Below, piece after piece: positions 20,075 through 29,952 of a DNA stretch of 64,000 nt (the stretch's first letter is position 1; each line of letters starts with the position of its first letter). A model generated the notes under the pieces. That model was not told where the DNA came from and did not search any database. It saw only the letters and a program-made list of their open reading frames with translations. The translations under genes and the position numbers were made by a program. The DNA comes from an uncultured Bacilli bacterium (GTDB lineage: Bacteria > Bacillota_I > Bacilli_A > RF39 > UBA660), in contig CAKOMW010000001.1 in the NCBI GenBank assembly GCA_934096805.1, positions 371,712 to 435,711 of the forward strand. The letters are read 5' to 3'.

Positions 20075-20569
20075 ATGAAAGATTGTAGATATGTTGATGA
20101 TGACTTTATTCTTAAGTATGAAGTTATTGATGATAAAATAAGGGTTTATTATAGTGATGGACGTTTTGTTGATTATTGTTATTGTGCGTCTTTGGAGAAG
20201 GAACTTTTGGAGGTTTTAAAGAAACAGCTTTATCAAAATGTAATGTTTAAGGATATGAGAAAAAGAGATGGAGTTTTGTCTAAGGGACTTTTTTATGTTT
20301 TGTTTTTAGGGACTTTTGTTTCTTTTTCTTGTTTATATGATAGTTTTTCTGTTTCTGATTTATTGGCTTTTCTTGGTTTTTTAGGTTTTAGTGTTGGTGA
20401 TTTTGTTTATTTTATAAAGAATGATAAACTTTTTAAGGAGATTTTAAAGGAAGAGTATTATATAGATAATATGGATTTATTTGATGATATAGTTGGTGTT
20501 AATGATCTTGATAATTTTAGTTTTAATGATTTAGTAGATATTAAAAAGGGGCTTGTTAAGAAAAAATAA
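20075..20569 (+). CDS. Hypothetical membrane protein, paralog 1 of a tandem pair
   Basis: N-terminal ILKYEVIDDKIRVYYSDGRF motif shared with the next ORF, followed by TM helices. Confidence 0.35.
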   Translation: MKDCRYVDDDFILKYEVIDDKIRVYYSDGRFVDYCYCASLEKELLEVLKKQLYQNVMFKDMRKRDGVLSKGLFYVLFLGTFVSFSCLYDSFSVSDLLAFLGFLGFSVGDFVYFIKNDKLFKEILKEEYYIDNMDLFDDIVGVNDLDNFSFNDLVDIKKGLVKKK

Positions 20570-20592
20570 AAGGGATATAATGTTGTTGAGGG

Positions 20593-21294
20593 ATGTCTAT
20601 GATTAATTGTAATGATAATAGAAATAATGAAGCTTTTATAAAGTATTATGAGGTTTATGATGATGTTATTAAGTTTTATACAAAAGATGGAGTTTTTACT
20701 ATTTTGAATACTTCAGATAATGTTAAGAGACTTGATAATATTATGGATGGACAAGCACTTGGCAATATTAGTTGTCTTAAGAGTAGGATCAAAGAATTGC
20801 TTTTTGGTATACCTTTTTTACCTTATTTTGGTTATTTTTTAGGAGATTCTTTTTCTTCTCTTGCTTCGTCTTTTGATGGTGGTAATCTTTTTGTGTTTGG
20901 GGCTAGTTTGGCAGCGCTTGCTACTGATGTTTATTATGTTACTTCTCGTGGTGGAATGATAAAAGAGAGTGTTAAGGATAAATTCTATATTCAAAATATT
21001 GATTATATAAATAATTATATAAATGATGAAAATATTAGATCAATGTTTCCTAATTTGGATTCTTATTTGGATGAAGATGGTAAGATTAAATTGTCAATGA
21101 ATGATGTTGATGGGATGAGTTTGGTTGATTTAAAATCTTTTAAAATTGTCATAGATAATATTGTCGATAAAAGTAAGAATACTGATATTGTTGATGGTTT
21201 TGATGTTAAAGAGCAGGATTTGGATTCTTTAAATGATAATTCTTCTTTAAAATTTGACGAAAAAAGTAGTAATAAAAAAAGATTTAGGAAATAG
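20593..21294 (+). CDS. Hypothetical membrane protein, paralog 2 of a tandem pair
   Basis: N-terminal FIKYYEVYDDVIKFYTKDGVF plus TM region, followed by an acidic C-terminal extension. Confidence 0.35.
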   Translation: MSMINCNDNRNNEAFIKYYEVYDDVIKFYTKDGVFTILNTSDNVKRLDNIMDGQALGNISCLKSRIKELLFGIPFLPYFGYFLGDSFSSLASSFDGGNLFVFGASLAALATDVYYVTSRGGMIKESVKDKFYIQNIDYINNYINDENIRSMFPNLDSYLDEDGKIKLSMNDVDGMSLVDLKSFKIVIDNIVDKSKNTDIVDGFDVKEQDLDSLNDNSSLKFDEKSSNKKRFRK

Positions 21295-21309
21295 ATTGGA
21301 GTTGTATTT

Positions 21310-21822
21310 ATGAGTTTTGATGATGTTGTTGGTTCAAGAAGGAGTATTAGAAAGTATACTTCAGAGGATGTTAGTGATGTTGATATTCGAAAAATAGTAG
21401 AGTGTGGGATTTTGGCTCCTTCCGCTAAAAACAGACAACCTTGGAGGATAAAGGTGGTTTCTGATGATTTGAAGGATAAGATTGCTTTTTTTTTAGAAAG
21501 TAAAAAAAGTGATGATGATATTAGTATTTCGCATACTGCTGGTGTGATAAAGGAGGCTAAAAGACTTATTTTAGTATTTGCAGTTGATGGTTATGATAAG
21601 AATGATGTTTTGTCAATTGGGGCTTTTATAGAGAATATGTGTTTGAAGGCTACTGATATGGGGCTTGGTAGCTTGTGGATTGCAAATACAGATAAGGTTA
21701 ATGATTTGATTAAGGATTATTTTGATGTTTCAATGGATTTGATTTCTTGTGTGGCGATTGGGCATAAGAATCAAAATCCTCATGCAAGGCCAAGGATGAG
21801 TTTGGAGGAAATTGTTTTGTAG
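21310..21822 (+). CDS. Nitroreductase-family flavoprotein
   Basis: RRSIRKYTSEDV...ILAPSAKNRQPW is the classic nitroreductase N-terminal motif. Confidence 0.7.
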   Translation: MSFDDVVGSRRSIRKYTSEDVSDVDIRKIVECGILAPSAKNRQPWRIKVVSDDLKDKIAFFLESKKSDDDISISHTAGVIKEAKRLILVFAVDGYDKNDVLSIGAFIENMCLKATDMGLGSLWIANTDKVNDLIKDYFDVSMDLISCVAIGHKNQNPHARPRMSLEEIVL

Positions 21823-21879
21823 CACGATGTGCTATTTTTTTTGTTTTTTCATATAATTTATTGTTAGTATTTTAGGGGT

Positions 21880-23070
21880 GTGAGTTTTATGAATTATAAA
21901 GTTGCTATTAATCCGGTTGGTGGTGGTAGCGACACTGGTTTGGTTGCTTCTGGTGTTACTGAAAAGGATATTTCTTTATTGGTTTCTCGTTATATAAAAA
22001 AGAGGCTTGATGAACTTGGAATAGAGAATGTTATTACAAGGGATACGGATAATGATTTGAGTTTGGAGTCTAGAGTTAATTTTATTAATAGTAGTTTGGG
22101 TTTAACGGATGATGTGATTGTGATTACTAATGGTCTTTCTGATTCTTCGATTGATGGTGTGGAGATTATATATGCGCTTAGAGATAGTAATCGTTTTGCA
22201 AAAATTTTGGCTGAGCAGTTTGCTAATAGTGGGATTGATGTTAATAAGTATTATCAGCTTAGAATGGAGGAAGATACGGCGCTTGATAGTGATTATATAA
22301 TAAGGAATACTGGTGATAGTGAAAGTGTTATTATTAATTATGCTAGTATTAAGGATAGTGATGGTCTTTCTGATTTTGTTAAAAATTATGAGGATTATGG
22401 GGAAGCAGTGGTAAGAGCAATTGCTATTTATACTAAGAGCGATTATGTTCCTACTGCTAAAGGCGATTATTATACTGTTAAGAAAGGGGATAGTTTGTAT
22501 AGTATTGCGAGAGCGTATGATATTTCTGTTTCTGATTTGAAGAATGCAAATAATCTTACTAGTAATGTTTTGTCGATTGGTCAAGTGCTTAAAATTCCTG
22601 ATATTGTAGAGAAGGGAGATACAAGTGTTTATTATGTTAAGAAAGGCGATACTTTGTATGGAATAGCAAAAAATTATGGTGTTAGTGTTGATGAGATAAA
22701 AAAGCTTAATGATCTTAGTGGTAATAATTTGACAATTGGTCAAGAGTTGCTTATTCCTGGTCTTTCTAGTGGAAGTGTTCCTAGTGTTAATGTTTATACT
22801 GTTGTGAAGGGAGATAGTTTGTATAAAATCGCTAATTTGTATGGTGTTAGTGTTGATGAATTGAAGAGTGCAAATAATCTTACTAGTAGTGTTATTTCAA
22901 TTGGACAACAGTTGGTGATACCTAGTGGGTCTTCAAAGACTTATGTGGTGAAGCGTGGGGATACTTTATATGGCATTGCTAGGGATAATAATACAACTGT
23001 TGATAGGTTAAAAGAGCTTAATGGCCTTAGTGGAAATACGCTTTCGGTAGGCCAGGTTCTTAAGTTATGA
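21880..23070 (+). CDS. N-acetylmuramoyl-L-alanine amidase (Amidase_3) with five C-terminal LysM repeats
   Basis: N-terminal Amidase_3-like domain, then 5 copies of Y.VKKGDTLY.IA..Y.VSV..L...N.L. Confidence 0.75.
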   Translation: MSFMNYKVAINPVGGGSDTGLVASGVTEKDISLLVSRYIKKRLDELGIENVITRDTDNDLSLESRVNFINSSLGLTDDVIVITNGLSDSSIDGVEIIYALRDSNRFAKILAEQFANSGIDVNKYYQLRMEEDTALDSDYIIRNTGDSESVIINYASIKDSDGLSDFVKNYEDYGEAVVRAIAIYTKSDYVPTAKGDYYTVKKGDSLYSIARAYDISVSDLKNANNLTSNVLSIGQVLKIPDIVEKGDTSVYYVKKGDTLYGIAKNYGVSVDEIKKLNDLSGNNLTIGQELLIPGLSSGSVPSVNVYTVVKGDSLYKIANLYGVSVDELKSANNLTSSVISIGQQLVIPSGSSKTYVVKRGDTLYGIARDNNTTVDRLKELNGLSGNTLSVGQVLKL

Positions 23071-23165
23071 TGTGGTTATTGATTTTAAAGTATAAGGGTT
23101 TTGACTTAATGTTGAAATCTTTTTTTGATATATGAAAAGTTAATTAAAAAAATAATAAAAAGCAA

Positions 23166-23194
23166 TTGATACAGCAACAAATGTTTGGTACAAT
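23166..23194 (+). promoter_or_regulatory. Promoter TTGATA-17-TGgTACAAT (extended -10) driving the small leader ORF and the DinD-like gene
   Basis: Near-consensus -35, 17-bp spacer, and TG-extended -10. Confidence 0.5.
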
Positions 23195-23218
23195 GTATAA
23201 CAAGGGAGGTTGGTAAAA

Positions 23219-23293
23219 ATGAGTAGTATAGAAGAATATAAAGAAAAAAAATTTGAGGATATAATAGAATTATTTAAATTTGAAGTGAATTAG
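23219..23293 (+). CDS. Small ORF (24 aa, MSSIEEYKEKKFEDIIELFKFEVN) with a strong RBS, immediately upstream of the DinD-like gene
   Basis: GGGAGG RBS 8 nt upstream of the ATG. A-rich island composition. The function is unknown. Confidence 0.3.
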   Translation: MSSIEEYKEKKFEDIIELFKFEVN

Positions 23294-23303
23294 GAGGTTA
23301 TAA

Positions 23304-24155
23304 ATGAATCAGGATAAAATGCATTTAATTAACAAAATTTTTAATAATGAAACAATAAGAACTGTATGGGATAAAGAAGATGAAAAATATTATATTAGTG
23401 TTGTTGATATAGTAGGAGTTTTATCAGAAAGTGAAAATCCTAGAAATTATTGGAAAGTGTTAAAACACAGATTAAAAAAAGATGGGAATGAGTCGGTTAC
23501 AAATTGTAACCAACTGAAATTAAAGTCTTCAGATGGTAAATATTATAATACTGATGTAGTTGATATTGAGGGTATGTTTAGATTAATTGAATCTATTCCT
23601 AGTAAAAATGCTGAACCAATAAAAGGATGGTTAGCTAAATTAGGAAGTGAAAGAATTGATGAAGTATTTGACCCATCACTTGCAGCTCAAAGAGCTATAG
23701 ATATATATCGCGCTAAAGGTTATGATGAAAAATGGATTGCTAAGAGATTAAAAGGAATTCAAGATAGAAAAGAATTAACTGATATTTGGCAAGAAAATGG
23801 TATAACTGATGGTAAAGAATATGCTATATTAACCAATGAAATCTATAAAGAATGGTCTGGTATGACTGCAAAAGAGTATAAACAATATAAAGGACTTCGT
23901 AAAGAGTCTTTAAGAGATAATATGGATAATATTGAAATAATATTAACTGATTTATCAGAAGAAACTACAAAAAGATTTTCAGAAAAACATAAACCACAGG
24001 GTTTAGAGCAAAATAAAGAAGTTGCTAGAATGGGTGGACATGCAGCAAAAGTAGCAAGGGAATATATAGAAAGAAATCTGGGAGAATCTGTTGTTACTAA
24101 ACAAAATAGATTAAATTATGAATATAAAGATGAAATAAAAATTGAAATTAAATAA
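23304..24155 (+). CDS. Bro-N domain protein, DNA-damage-inducible protein D (DinD)-like / phage antirepressor-like
   Basis: The N-terminus has the Bro-N pattern (..WDKEDEKYYISVVDIVGVL...MFRLIESIPSKNAEPIKGWLAKLG) and a C-terminal helical domain. The A-rich composition is atypical for the host. Confidence 0.55.
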   Translation: MNQDKMHLINKIFNNETIRTVWDKEDEKYYISVVDIVGVLSESENPRNYWKVLKHRLKKDGNESVTNCNQLKLKSSDGKYYNTDVVDIEGMFRLIESIPSKNAEPIKGWLAKLGSERIDEVFDPSLAAQRAIDIYRAKGYDEKWIAKRLKGIQDRKELTDIWQENGITDGKEYAILTNEIYKEWSGMTAKEYKQYKGLRKESLRDNMDNIEIILTDLSEETTKRFSEKHKPQGLEQNKEVARMGGHAAKVAREYIERNLGESVVTKQNRLNYEYKDEIKIEIK

Positions 24156-24394
24156 GTGAGCAACAAATGAAAAATAGAAAAGATATGGTGTTACAATTGA
24201 TGATGATGGTTTTTTATAGGAAGTAGATGTGTGAATTAGAAAGAAAGATTATCACAATTAGAAAAGATGAAGGAAAAAAGTTAGTTTATTTGGTAAAATT
24301 AAAAGTAGTTACACTTTAATAATTTTTGATTGTAAACTATTTGTAATAATTAGGTAAATAGTATTTTATTATTTTGGTTTTTGTCAAATACTTT

Positions 24395-24416
24395 GTCAAC
24401 TTCTTGTAAAGTTGAC
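24395..24416. promoter_or_regulatory. Perfect 8-bp inverted repeat GTCAACTT-N6-AAGTTGAC upstream of parC (candidate operator)
   Basis: Palindrome 36 bp upstream of the parC start. It overlaps a TTGACC -35-like hexamer and is preceded by a TTGTCAA direct repeat. Confidence 0.4.
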
Positions 24417-24451
24417 CTTTTTTCGTTTATAATATATATGGATGTGATTAC

Positions 24452-27052
24452 ATGAAAAATATAATAGAGAAGATATATGATTATTCTTTGGAAGAAATAA
24501 TGGGAGAGCGTTTTGGGAGATATTCTAAATATATTATTCAAGATCGTGCTATTCCAGATGTTCGTGATGGGTTAAAGCCTGTACAAAGAAGAATCCTTTA
24601 TGCAATGTATATTGGTAAAAATACATATGATAAACCATATAGAAAGAGTGCAAAGACTGTTGGGGATGTTATAGGTTCTTTCCATCCACATGGTGATAGT
24701 TCTATATATGATGCTATGGTTAGGATGTCTCAGGATTGGAAGATGAAAAATCCTTATATTGATATGCATGGTAATAATGGTTCAATTGATGGTGATAGTC
24801 CGGCAGCATACCGTTATACTGAAGCTCGTCTTTCTAAAATATCTAATGAGCTTTTAAAGGATATTGATAAAAATACAGTGTTATTTGCTCCAAATTTTGA
24901 TGATACTATTATGGAGCCTACTGTACTTCCAGCGAAGTTTCCTAATTTACTTGTTAATGGTACTACTGGTATAAGTGCTGGTTATGCTACTAATATACCA
25001 CCACATAATTTAGGTGAAGTAATTGATGCTACTATTAAGAGGATTGATAGTCCTAATTGCAGGGTTGAAACTTTACTTGATATAGTAAAGGGTCCTGATT
25101 TTCCTACTGGTGGTATTGTTTTTGATAAAAAGGGTATTTATAATGCCCTTACTACTGGTAAAGGCAAGGTAATTGTACGTTCTAAAGTAGTTGAGGAAAA
25201 AGAAAAGGGTAAACTTACATTGGTGGTAACGGAAATACCTTATGAAGTTTTAAAGACTAATATTGTTAGAAAAATAGATGAGATTAGAATAGATAAAAAA
25301 ATTGATGGTATTCTTGAGGTAAGGGATGAGTCTGATAAAGATGGTCTTAGGATTGCTATTGATATAAAGAAGGATGCTAATAAGGAGTTAATTCTTAATT
25401 ATTTGTATAAGAATACTGATCTTCAGGCTTCTTATAATTATAATATGATTGCGATTGTTAAGAGAAGACCTAAACTTCTTTCTTTGATGGATATTCTTGA
25501 TGCTTATATTGATCATTTAAGGAGTGTTATTCTTTCGAGGACTAGGTTTGATTTAGAGCATGCTAAAAAGAGGTATCATATTGTTGAAGGTCTAATTAAA
25601 GCTATTTCTATTTTAGATGAAGTTATTGCATGCATTCGTAAGAGTAAAAACAAAAGTGATGCTAAGGATAACTTGGTTAAAGAGTTTGGTTTTACTTTGG
25701 AACAAGCTGAGGCTATTGTAGTTTTACAACTTTATAGGCTTACTAATACGGATATTGCACTTCTTGAGGAAGAACTTGCTAATCTTAAGTTGATAATTGA
25801 GGGACTTACAAAGATTATTAATGAAGAAGATGCTTTAAAGGATGTTATGAAGAGTGAACTTAGAAAGATTAAGAAAGAGTATGATGTTGTTCGTAAGACT
25901 GAAATAGTGGATGAAGAGATTGAAATTAAGATTGATATGGAAGCGATGATACCTAAAGAGGATGTTGTTACTTTGATTACTAAGGATGGTTATGTTAAGA
26001 GGACTAGCAGGAGAGGTTATCTTGCTAATAGTGAGGATCCTCTTCTTAAAGAGAATGATTATGTTATTGGACTTTATGAACAAAATACACTTGATACATT
26101 GCTTATATTTACTAATTTAGGTAATTATATATATTTGCCGGTTCATGAAATACCTGATATTAAGTGGAAACAACTTGGTAAGCATATAAGTAATATAGTA
26201 AAGGTTCAAGAGAATGAAGTTGTTATTGGTGCTATTCCTGTTAGTGATTTTAGTAAAGGTTTTGATGTTGTTTTGACTAGCAAGAATGGTATGATTAAAA
26301 AAACTAATTTGGAAGATTTTAAAGTTAGTCGTTATTCTAAGCCTATTTCTTGTATGAAACTTAAGGATGATGATGAAGTTGTTAGTGTGTTCTTATCTTT
26401 ATATAATGATATTTTAGTGGCAACTGGTAAATGTTATAGTCTATGGTTTGATGTTAGTGAGGTGCCTTGTTCGGGAATTAAATCAAGTGGTGTTAAGGCT
26501 ATTTCTCTTAAAGATGATTATGTTGTTTCTAGTGTTAATTTTAATAGGGATTTAGAGTATGTTTCAGTGTTTACTGATAAGGGAACAGCAAAAAGAGTTA
26601 AACTTAGTGAGTTTGAAAAGGGTAGTCGTGCAAGACGTGGTCTTATGATTCTTAGAGAGGTTAAGACTAATCCTTATCGTGTTGTTTCAGTGTTTGTGAA
26701 TGATAAGTGTAATTTTGGAATTAAGTCTTCTTCTGGTATTTCATTTGTTAAGAGTACTGAGCTTAGTATTTGTGATAGGTATCAGACTGGTTCTTCAGTT
26801 TGCCGTGATCAAGTTCTTGATGTGTTTATGGTTAATGGTTTGAAAAAGAGAGATGATGAGAAGATCAGTGTCTCTAAAAACGATGAGAGTGAAGTTCTTG
26901 ATGATATTGATTCTAATGTTACAAATGATGGAATTGAGGGTTTGAATGATATTAATTCTAAGAAGAAGTCTGATATCAATGAGTATGGTCATCAAATGTC
27001 TTTGCTTGAGATAGATGATGAATTAAAAAGAATTGATGATATTATTAACTAA
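24452..27052 (+). CDS. parC: Type IIA topoisomerase subunit A, ParC-like (topoisomerase IV A; no GyrA-box seen)
   Basis: [14 protein letters not shown] with the active-site Tyr region. The C-terminal beta-pinwheel domain lacks a QRRGGKG GyrA box, and there is an acidic C-terminal tail. Confidence 0.65.
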   Translation: MKNIIEKIYDYSLEEIMGERFGRYSKYIIQDRAIPDVRDGLKPVQRRILYAMYIGKNTYDKPYRKSAKTVGDVIGSFHPHGDSSIYDAMVRMSQDWKMKNPYIDMHGNNGSIDGDSPAAYRYTEARLSKISNELLKDIDKNTVLFAPNFDDTIMEPTVLPAKFPNLLVNGTTGISAGYATNIPPHNLGEVIDATIKRIDSPNCRVETLLDIVKGPDFPTGGIVFDKKGIYNALTTGKGKVIVRSKVVEEKEKGKLTLVVTEIPYEVLKTNIVRKIDEIRIDKKIDGILEVRDESDKDGLRIAIDIKKDANKELILNYLYKNTDLQASYNYNMIAIVKRRPKLLSLMDILDAYIDHLRSVILSRTRFDLEHAKKRYHIVEGLIKAISILDEVIACIRKSKNKSDAKDNLVKEFGFTLEQAEAIVVLQLYRLTNTDIALLEEELANLKLIIEGLTKIINEEDALKDVMKSELRKIKKEYDVVRKTEIVDEEIEIKIDMEAMIPKEDVVTLITKDGYVKRTSRRGYLANSEDPLLKENDYVIGLYEQNTLDTLLIFTNLGNYIYLPVHEIPDIKWKQLGKHISNIVKVQENEVVIGAIPVSDFSKGFDVVLTSKNGMIKKTNLEDFKVSRYSKPISCMKLKDDDEVVSVFLSLYNDILVATGKCYSLWFDVSEVPCSGIKSSGVKAISLKDDYVVSSVNFNRDLEYVSVFTDKGTAKRVKLSEFEKGSRARRGLMILREVKTNPYRVVSVFVNDKCNFGIKSSSGISFVKSTELSICDRYQTGSSVCRDQVLDVFMVNGLKKRDDEKISVSKNDESEVLDDIDSNVTNDGIEGLNDINSKKKSDINEYGHQMSLLEIDDELKRIDDIIN

Positions 27053-27252
27053 TGTAAAGTTTTGTAAAAATGTGTAAAGCTTAAAAAATATACTAATTTT
27101 AATATTTTGTTTTATAAAGGGATGTCAATTTTTAAAATTGTCTAGGGCAATTTTGGGGATTGGTGTCTTTTTTCTTTGTGAAATGTTAATAATGGCGATT
27201 TTACTTGTGTTTTTTAATAGGTTATATTTTGGATGAAGGGAGGTGATGGATT

Positions 27253-28134
27253 TTGGGTATATTTCCATCAAGGCAATGTGTTCTTAGTGTTTCTGCAATA
27301 AGGGATCTTTCTTATACTTGTGATAGAAGAAGGGATGGCTATAAGATTCCAATTGTTTCTTCTTTGATGTTTAATGCAATGTTTAATAATGTTTCTAGAA
27401 AGAATTATATTTGTTATTTTATGGCTAGTCTTTTTAATGTTTCTTATGAAGAAATCTTTGATAGTATTTGTTTTGTTAAAGATAGGATTAGTTTTTATTG
27501 TTATGATAGGGATTCTTTGGTTGATTATATTTGTAAAATTAATGGTGAAGTTATTGGGATTCGTATTTGTGTTTGTGAAAGTTCATTTGATATGAAACGT
27601 TTTGTTCAATCTGGAGTGGATATGTCTGTTTTGACAGAAAGACCTTATGATAGAATATTTCAAATTAGTATTAATAATTATACTTTTTCTGGTAATGCTA
27701 GTAGTCTTCATTGTAGTTATTTTGGAAATGATAAGTGTTTTACTTATTCTATTTATTTACCTTTTATCAGGAGAAAGTGTTATAACTATGAAGAACTTGA
27801 GGATTTTGAAAAAGCTATGTTGGTTTTTAATGAAACTAGTTCTTTGATTCTTGATAGGGTTTGTGATAGGGAAATCTTTAAGGAGTATGTTTCTTGTGCT
27901 ATAGATGTTAGTAAGAATGAAATTTCTAGTTTGTATGATGATATTGTTTATCTTAATGAACAGCATTTGTATTATCTTAAGGAAGCTAGGGATGTTTTTT
28001 ATGAGGATGGTGTTAAAGATGGTTCTTATGAAATGGCAAAGAATATTGCTAGTAGTTTGTTTTCTAGTGGTGTTGATGAGTTGACGGTTTCTAAGTGTAC
28101 GGGAATTTCTTTTGATGATATTTTAGATGATTAA
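27253..28134 (+). CDS. Hypothetical Cys-rich protein with an Rpn/YhgA-family-like C-terminal motif
   Basis: The C-terminal EDGVKDGSYEMAKNIASSLFSSGVDELTVSKCTGISFDDI matches the E-G-x3-G-x4-A-x2-L-x3-G-x6-I-x3-TG(L/I)S-x-E/D-I repeat of the Rpn family. The N-terminal PD-(D/E)xK motifs are not clear. TTG start behind a GGGAGGTG RBS. Confidence 0.35.
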   Translation: MGIFPSRQCVLSVSAIRDLSYTCDRRRDGYKIPIVSSLMFNAMFNNVSRKNYICYFMASLFNVSYEEIFDSICFVKDRISFYCYDRDSLVDYICKINGEVIGIRICVCESSFDMKRFVQSGVDMSVLTERPYDRIFQISINNYTFSGNASSLHCSYFGNDKCFTYSIYLPFIRRKCYNYEELEDFEKAMLVFNETSSLILDRVCDREIFKEYVSCAIDVSKNEISSLYDDIVYLNEQHLYYLKEARDVFYEDGVKDGSYEMAKNIASSLFSSGVDELTVSKCTGISFDDILDD

Positions 28135-28182
28135 AAAAACAGTGTGTATTTTTTGATGGTTTCATCTTTAATACATACTGTT

Positions 28183-29091
28183 TTAAATTATTTTTGTTTT
28201 TAGGATTCTTGAGGTGTTGGAAAAGTTTAATTTCGCTACGTTTGTTAGGACTTCTTTTCCATATTTTTCTACTAGTTCTTGTCCTATTTCATCTACTTTT
28301 GTTCCTGCTCCTTTAGGAATTGGTAAATGATATTTGTCACATATTTTATCGAATTCTTCTAGAAAAATGTATCTACTTATGATTGATGAGCATGCTACAG
28401 CAAGATTTTTATCTTCGGCTTTTGTCATAAAAGTAATGCCTTTTAGAATGTTTGGTAGTTCTTTTATGTATTCGTAGTATCTTTTTTCTTTAGTGAATTC
28501 ATCGATTATTATGTAGTCTATTTCATCATTTATTTCGTTTTTTAGAGAGCTTAAAGCATTGTTATGCATAATTGCTTTTATTTTATTCATATTTGTGTCT
28601 TTGCTGTGTCTTTCGTTATATTCAGTGTTTTTTAGAATTAGACTTTTATATTTTATTTTTTTTATTATTTTGGGTGCTATTTTTCTTATTTGGTCGTCGG
28701 TTAGTTTTTTGGAGTCAGCAACTTTTAATTCTTTTAGATAAGGGATATCTTTTTTGTTTACGTATGATGCTGTTACAACGATTGGTCCAAAGTAATCTCC
28801 AGTTCCTACTTCATCGGAACCGATGGAGGAGCAGGTCATATATTTGTCGTATTGTTCGCTGTTTTCATTTTTATCTTTATTTGTTTCGGTTAGTTCGGTC
28901 CACATGTTGGCGTCTATATCAGCGCTTGTTCCTTGGAACATTACTTTACCGGAATTATACATTGTTATGATGGTGTCCATTTCTTGGGCTTGGAAGATGG
29001 CATATGGTGGTGTTTTCTCTCTTAGTTTATCTTTGTAGTATTCTATCATTTTTTGTTTTGTTTCTTCGTTTACTTTTATTACAACGTTCAT
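28183..29091 (-). CDS. rnhC: Ribonuclease HIII
   Basis: N-terminal RNase HIII-specific domain, then RNase HII-like catalytic core with GSDEVGTGDYFGP. Confidence 0.8.
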   Translation of the reverse strand: MNVVIKVNEETKQKMIEYYKDKLREKTPPYAIFQAQEMDTIITMYNSGKVMFQGTSADIDANMWTELTETNKDKNENSEQYDKYMTCSSIGSDEVGTGDYFGPIVVTASYVNKKDIPYLKELKVADSKKLTDDQIRKIAPKIIKKIKYKSLILKNTEYNERHSKDTNMNKIKAIMHNNALSSLKNEINDEIDYIIIDEFTKEKRYYEYIKELPNILKGITFMTKAEDKNLAVACSSIISRYIFLEEFDKICDKYHLPIPKGAGTKVDEIGQELVEKYGKEVLTNVAKLNFSNTSRILKTKII

Positions 29092-29222
29092 TTATATCAC
29101 CAAATTAATTGTACTAAAAAGTGATATTTTTGTAAAGAAGTTTTGCTTTGTTGTTTTAGAAATGATATTATTGATATAGGTATATTTTTAAATATTATGT
29201 ATAATTTTGAAGGGAGCTTTTT

Positions 29223-29936
29223 ATGAGTAAGAGAAAAAAGAAGAGTGGTAGTCCTTTTTTAGTGGCTATTATGTTAACTATTTGTATTTTTGTTTTTTAT
29301 TATTATGATGATGTTTCTTCATTCTTGGGATTTAATGATGAAGTGGTGTCTTATAGTCTTGATAGTATTCCGGATTATAATGGTAAGGCTTATGTTTATA
29401 TTAATAATAATGTTCCTGATTTTTCTTCTTTTCCTTCGTCTTCTTTTCAATTTTATAGTAATTTAGATGCTCTTGGTAGGAGTGGTTATGCTTATGCTAA
29501 TATTGGAAGGGATTTGATGCCTACAGAGAAGAGGGGTAAAATTGGAATGATTAAGCCTAGTGGTTGGCATACGGTTAAGTATGATATTGTTGATGGTAAG
29601 TATTTATATAATAGATGTCATTTGATTGGATATCAACTTACGGGGCAAAATGCGAATGAAAAGAATTTGATTACTTGTACAAGGCAGATGAATGTTGGAG
29701 CAATGTTGGAGTTTGAAAATAAGGTTGCTTCTTATATAAAGGAAACTTCGAATAATGTGCTTTATAGAGTTACACCGGTATATGATGGTGATAACTTACT
29801 TGCTAGTGGAGTTGTTATGGAAGGGTATTCTCCTTCTGATAAGGGTGCAGGTATTAAGTTTAATGTGTTTGTTTATAATGTTCAGGATGGTATAGATATA
29901 GATTACAAAACTGGAGATAGTAAACTTAAGAATTAG
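29223..29936 (+). CDS. Membrane-anchored DNA/RNA non-specific endonuclease (EndA/NucA family)
   Basis: N-terminal TM anchor, then ...YNRCHLIGYQL...N... (the RGH-type beta-beta-alpha-Me nuclease motif). Confidence 0.7.
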   Translation: MSKRKKKSGSPFLVAIMLTICIFVFYYYDDVSSFLGFNDEVVSYSLDSIPDYNGKAYVYINNNVPDFSSFPSSSFQFYSNLDALGRSGYAYANIGRDLMPTEKRGKIGMIKPSGWHTVKYDIVDGKYLYNRCHLIGYQLTGQNANEKNLITCTRQMNVGAMLEFENKVASYIKETSNNVLYRVTPVYDGDNLLASGVVMEGYSPSDKGAGIKFNVFVYNVQDGIDIDYKTGDSKLKN

Positions 29937-29952
29937 TTTTTAGGAGGATTTT

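Noticed and set aside
23100-23300. LexA/Cheo box upstream of the DinD-like gene
   Set aside because: No CGAACnnnnGTTCG-like motif is present. SOS control is not supported by sequence.
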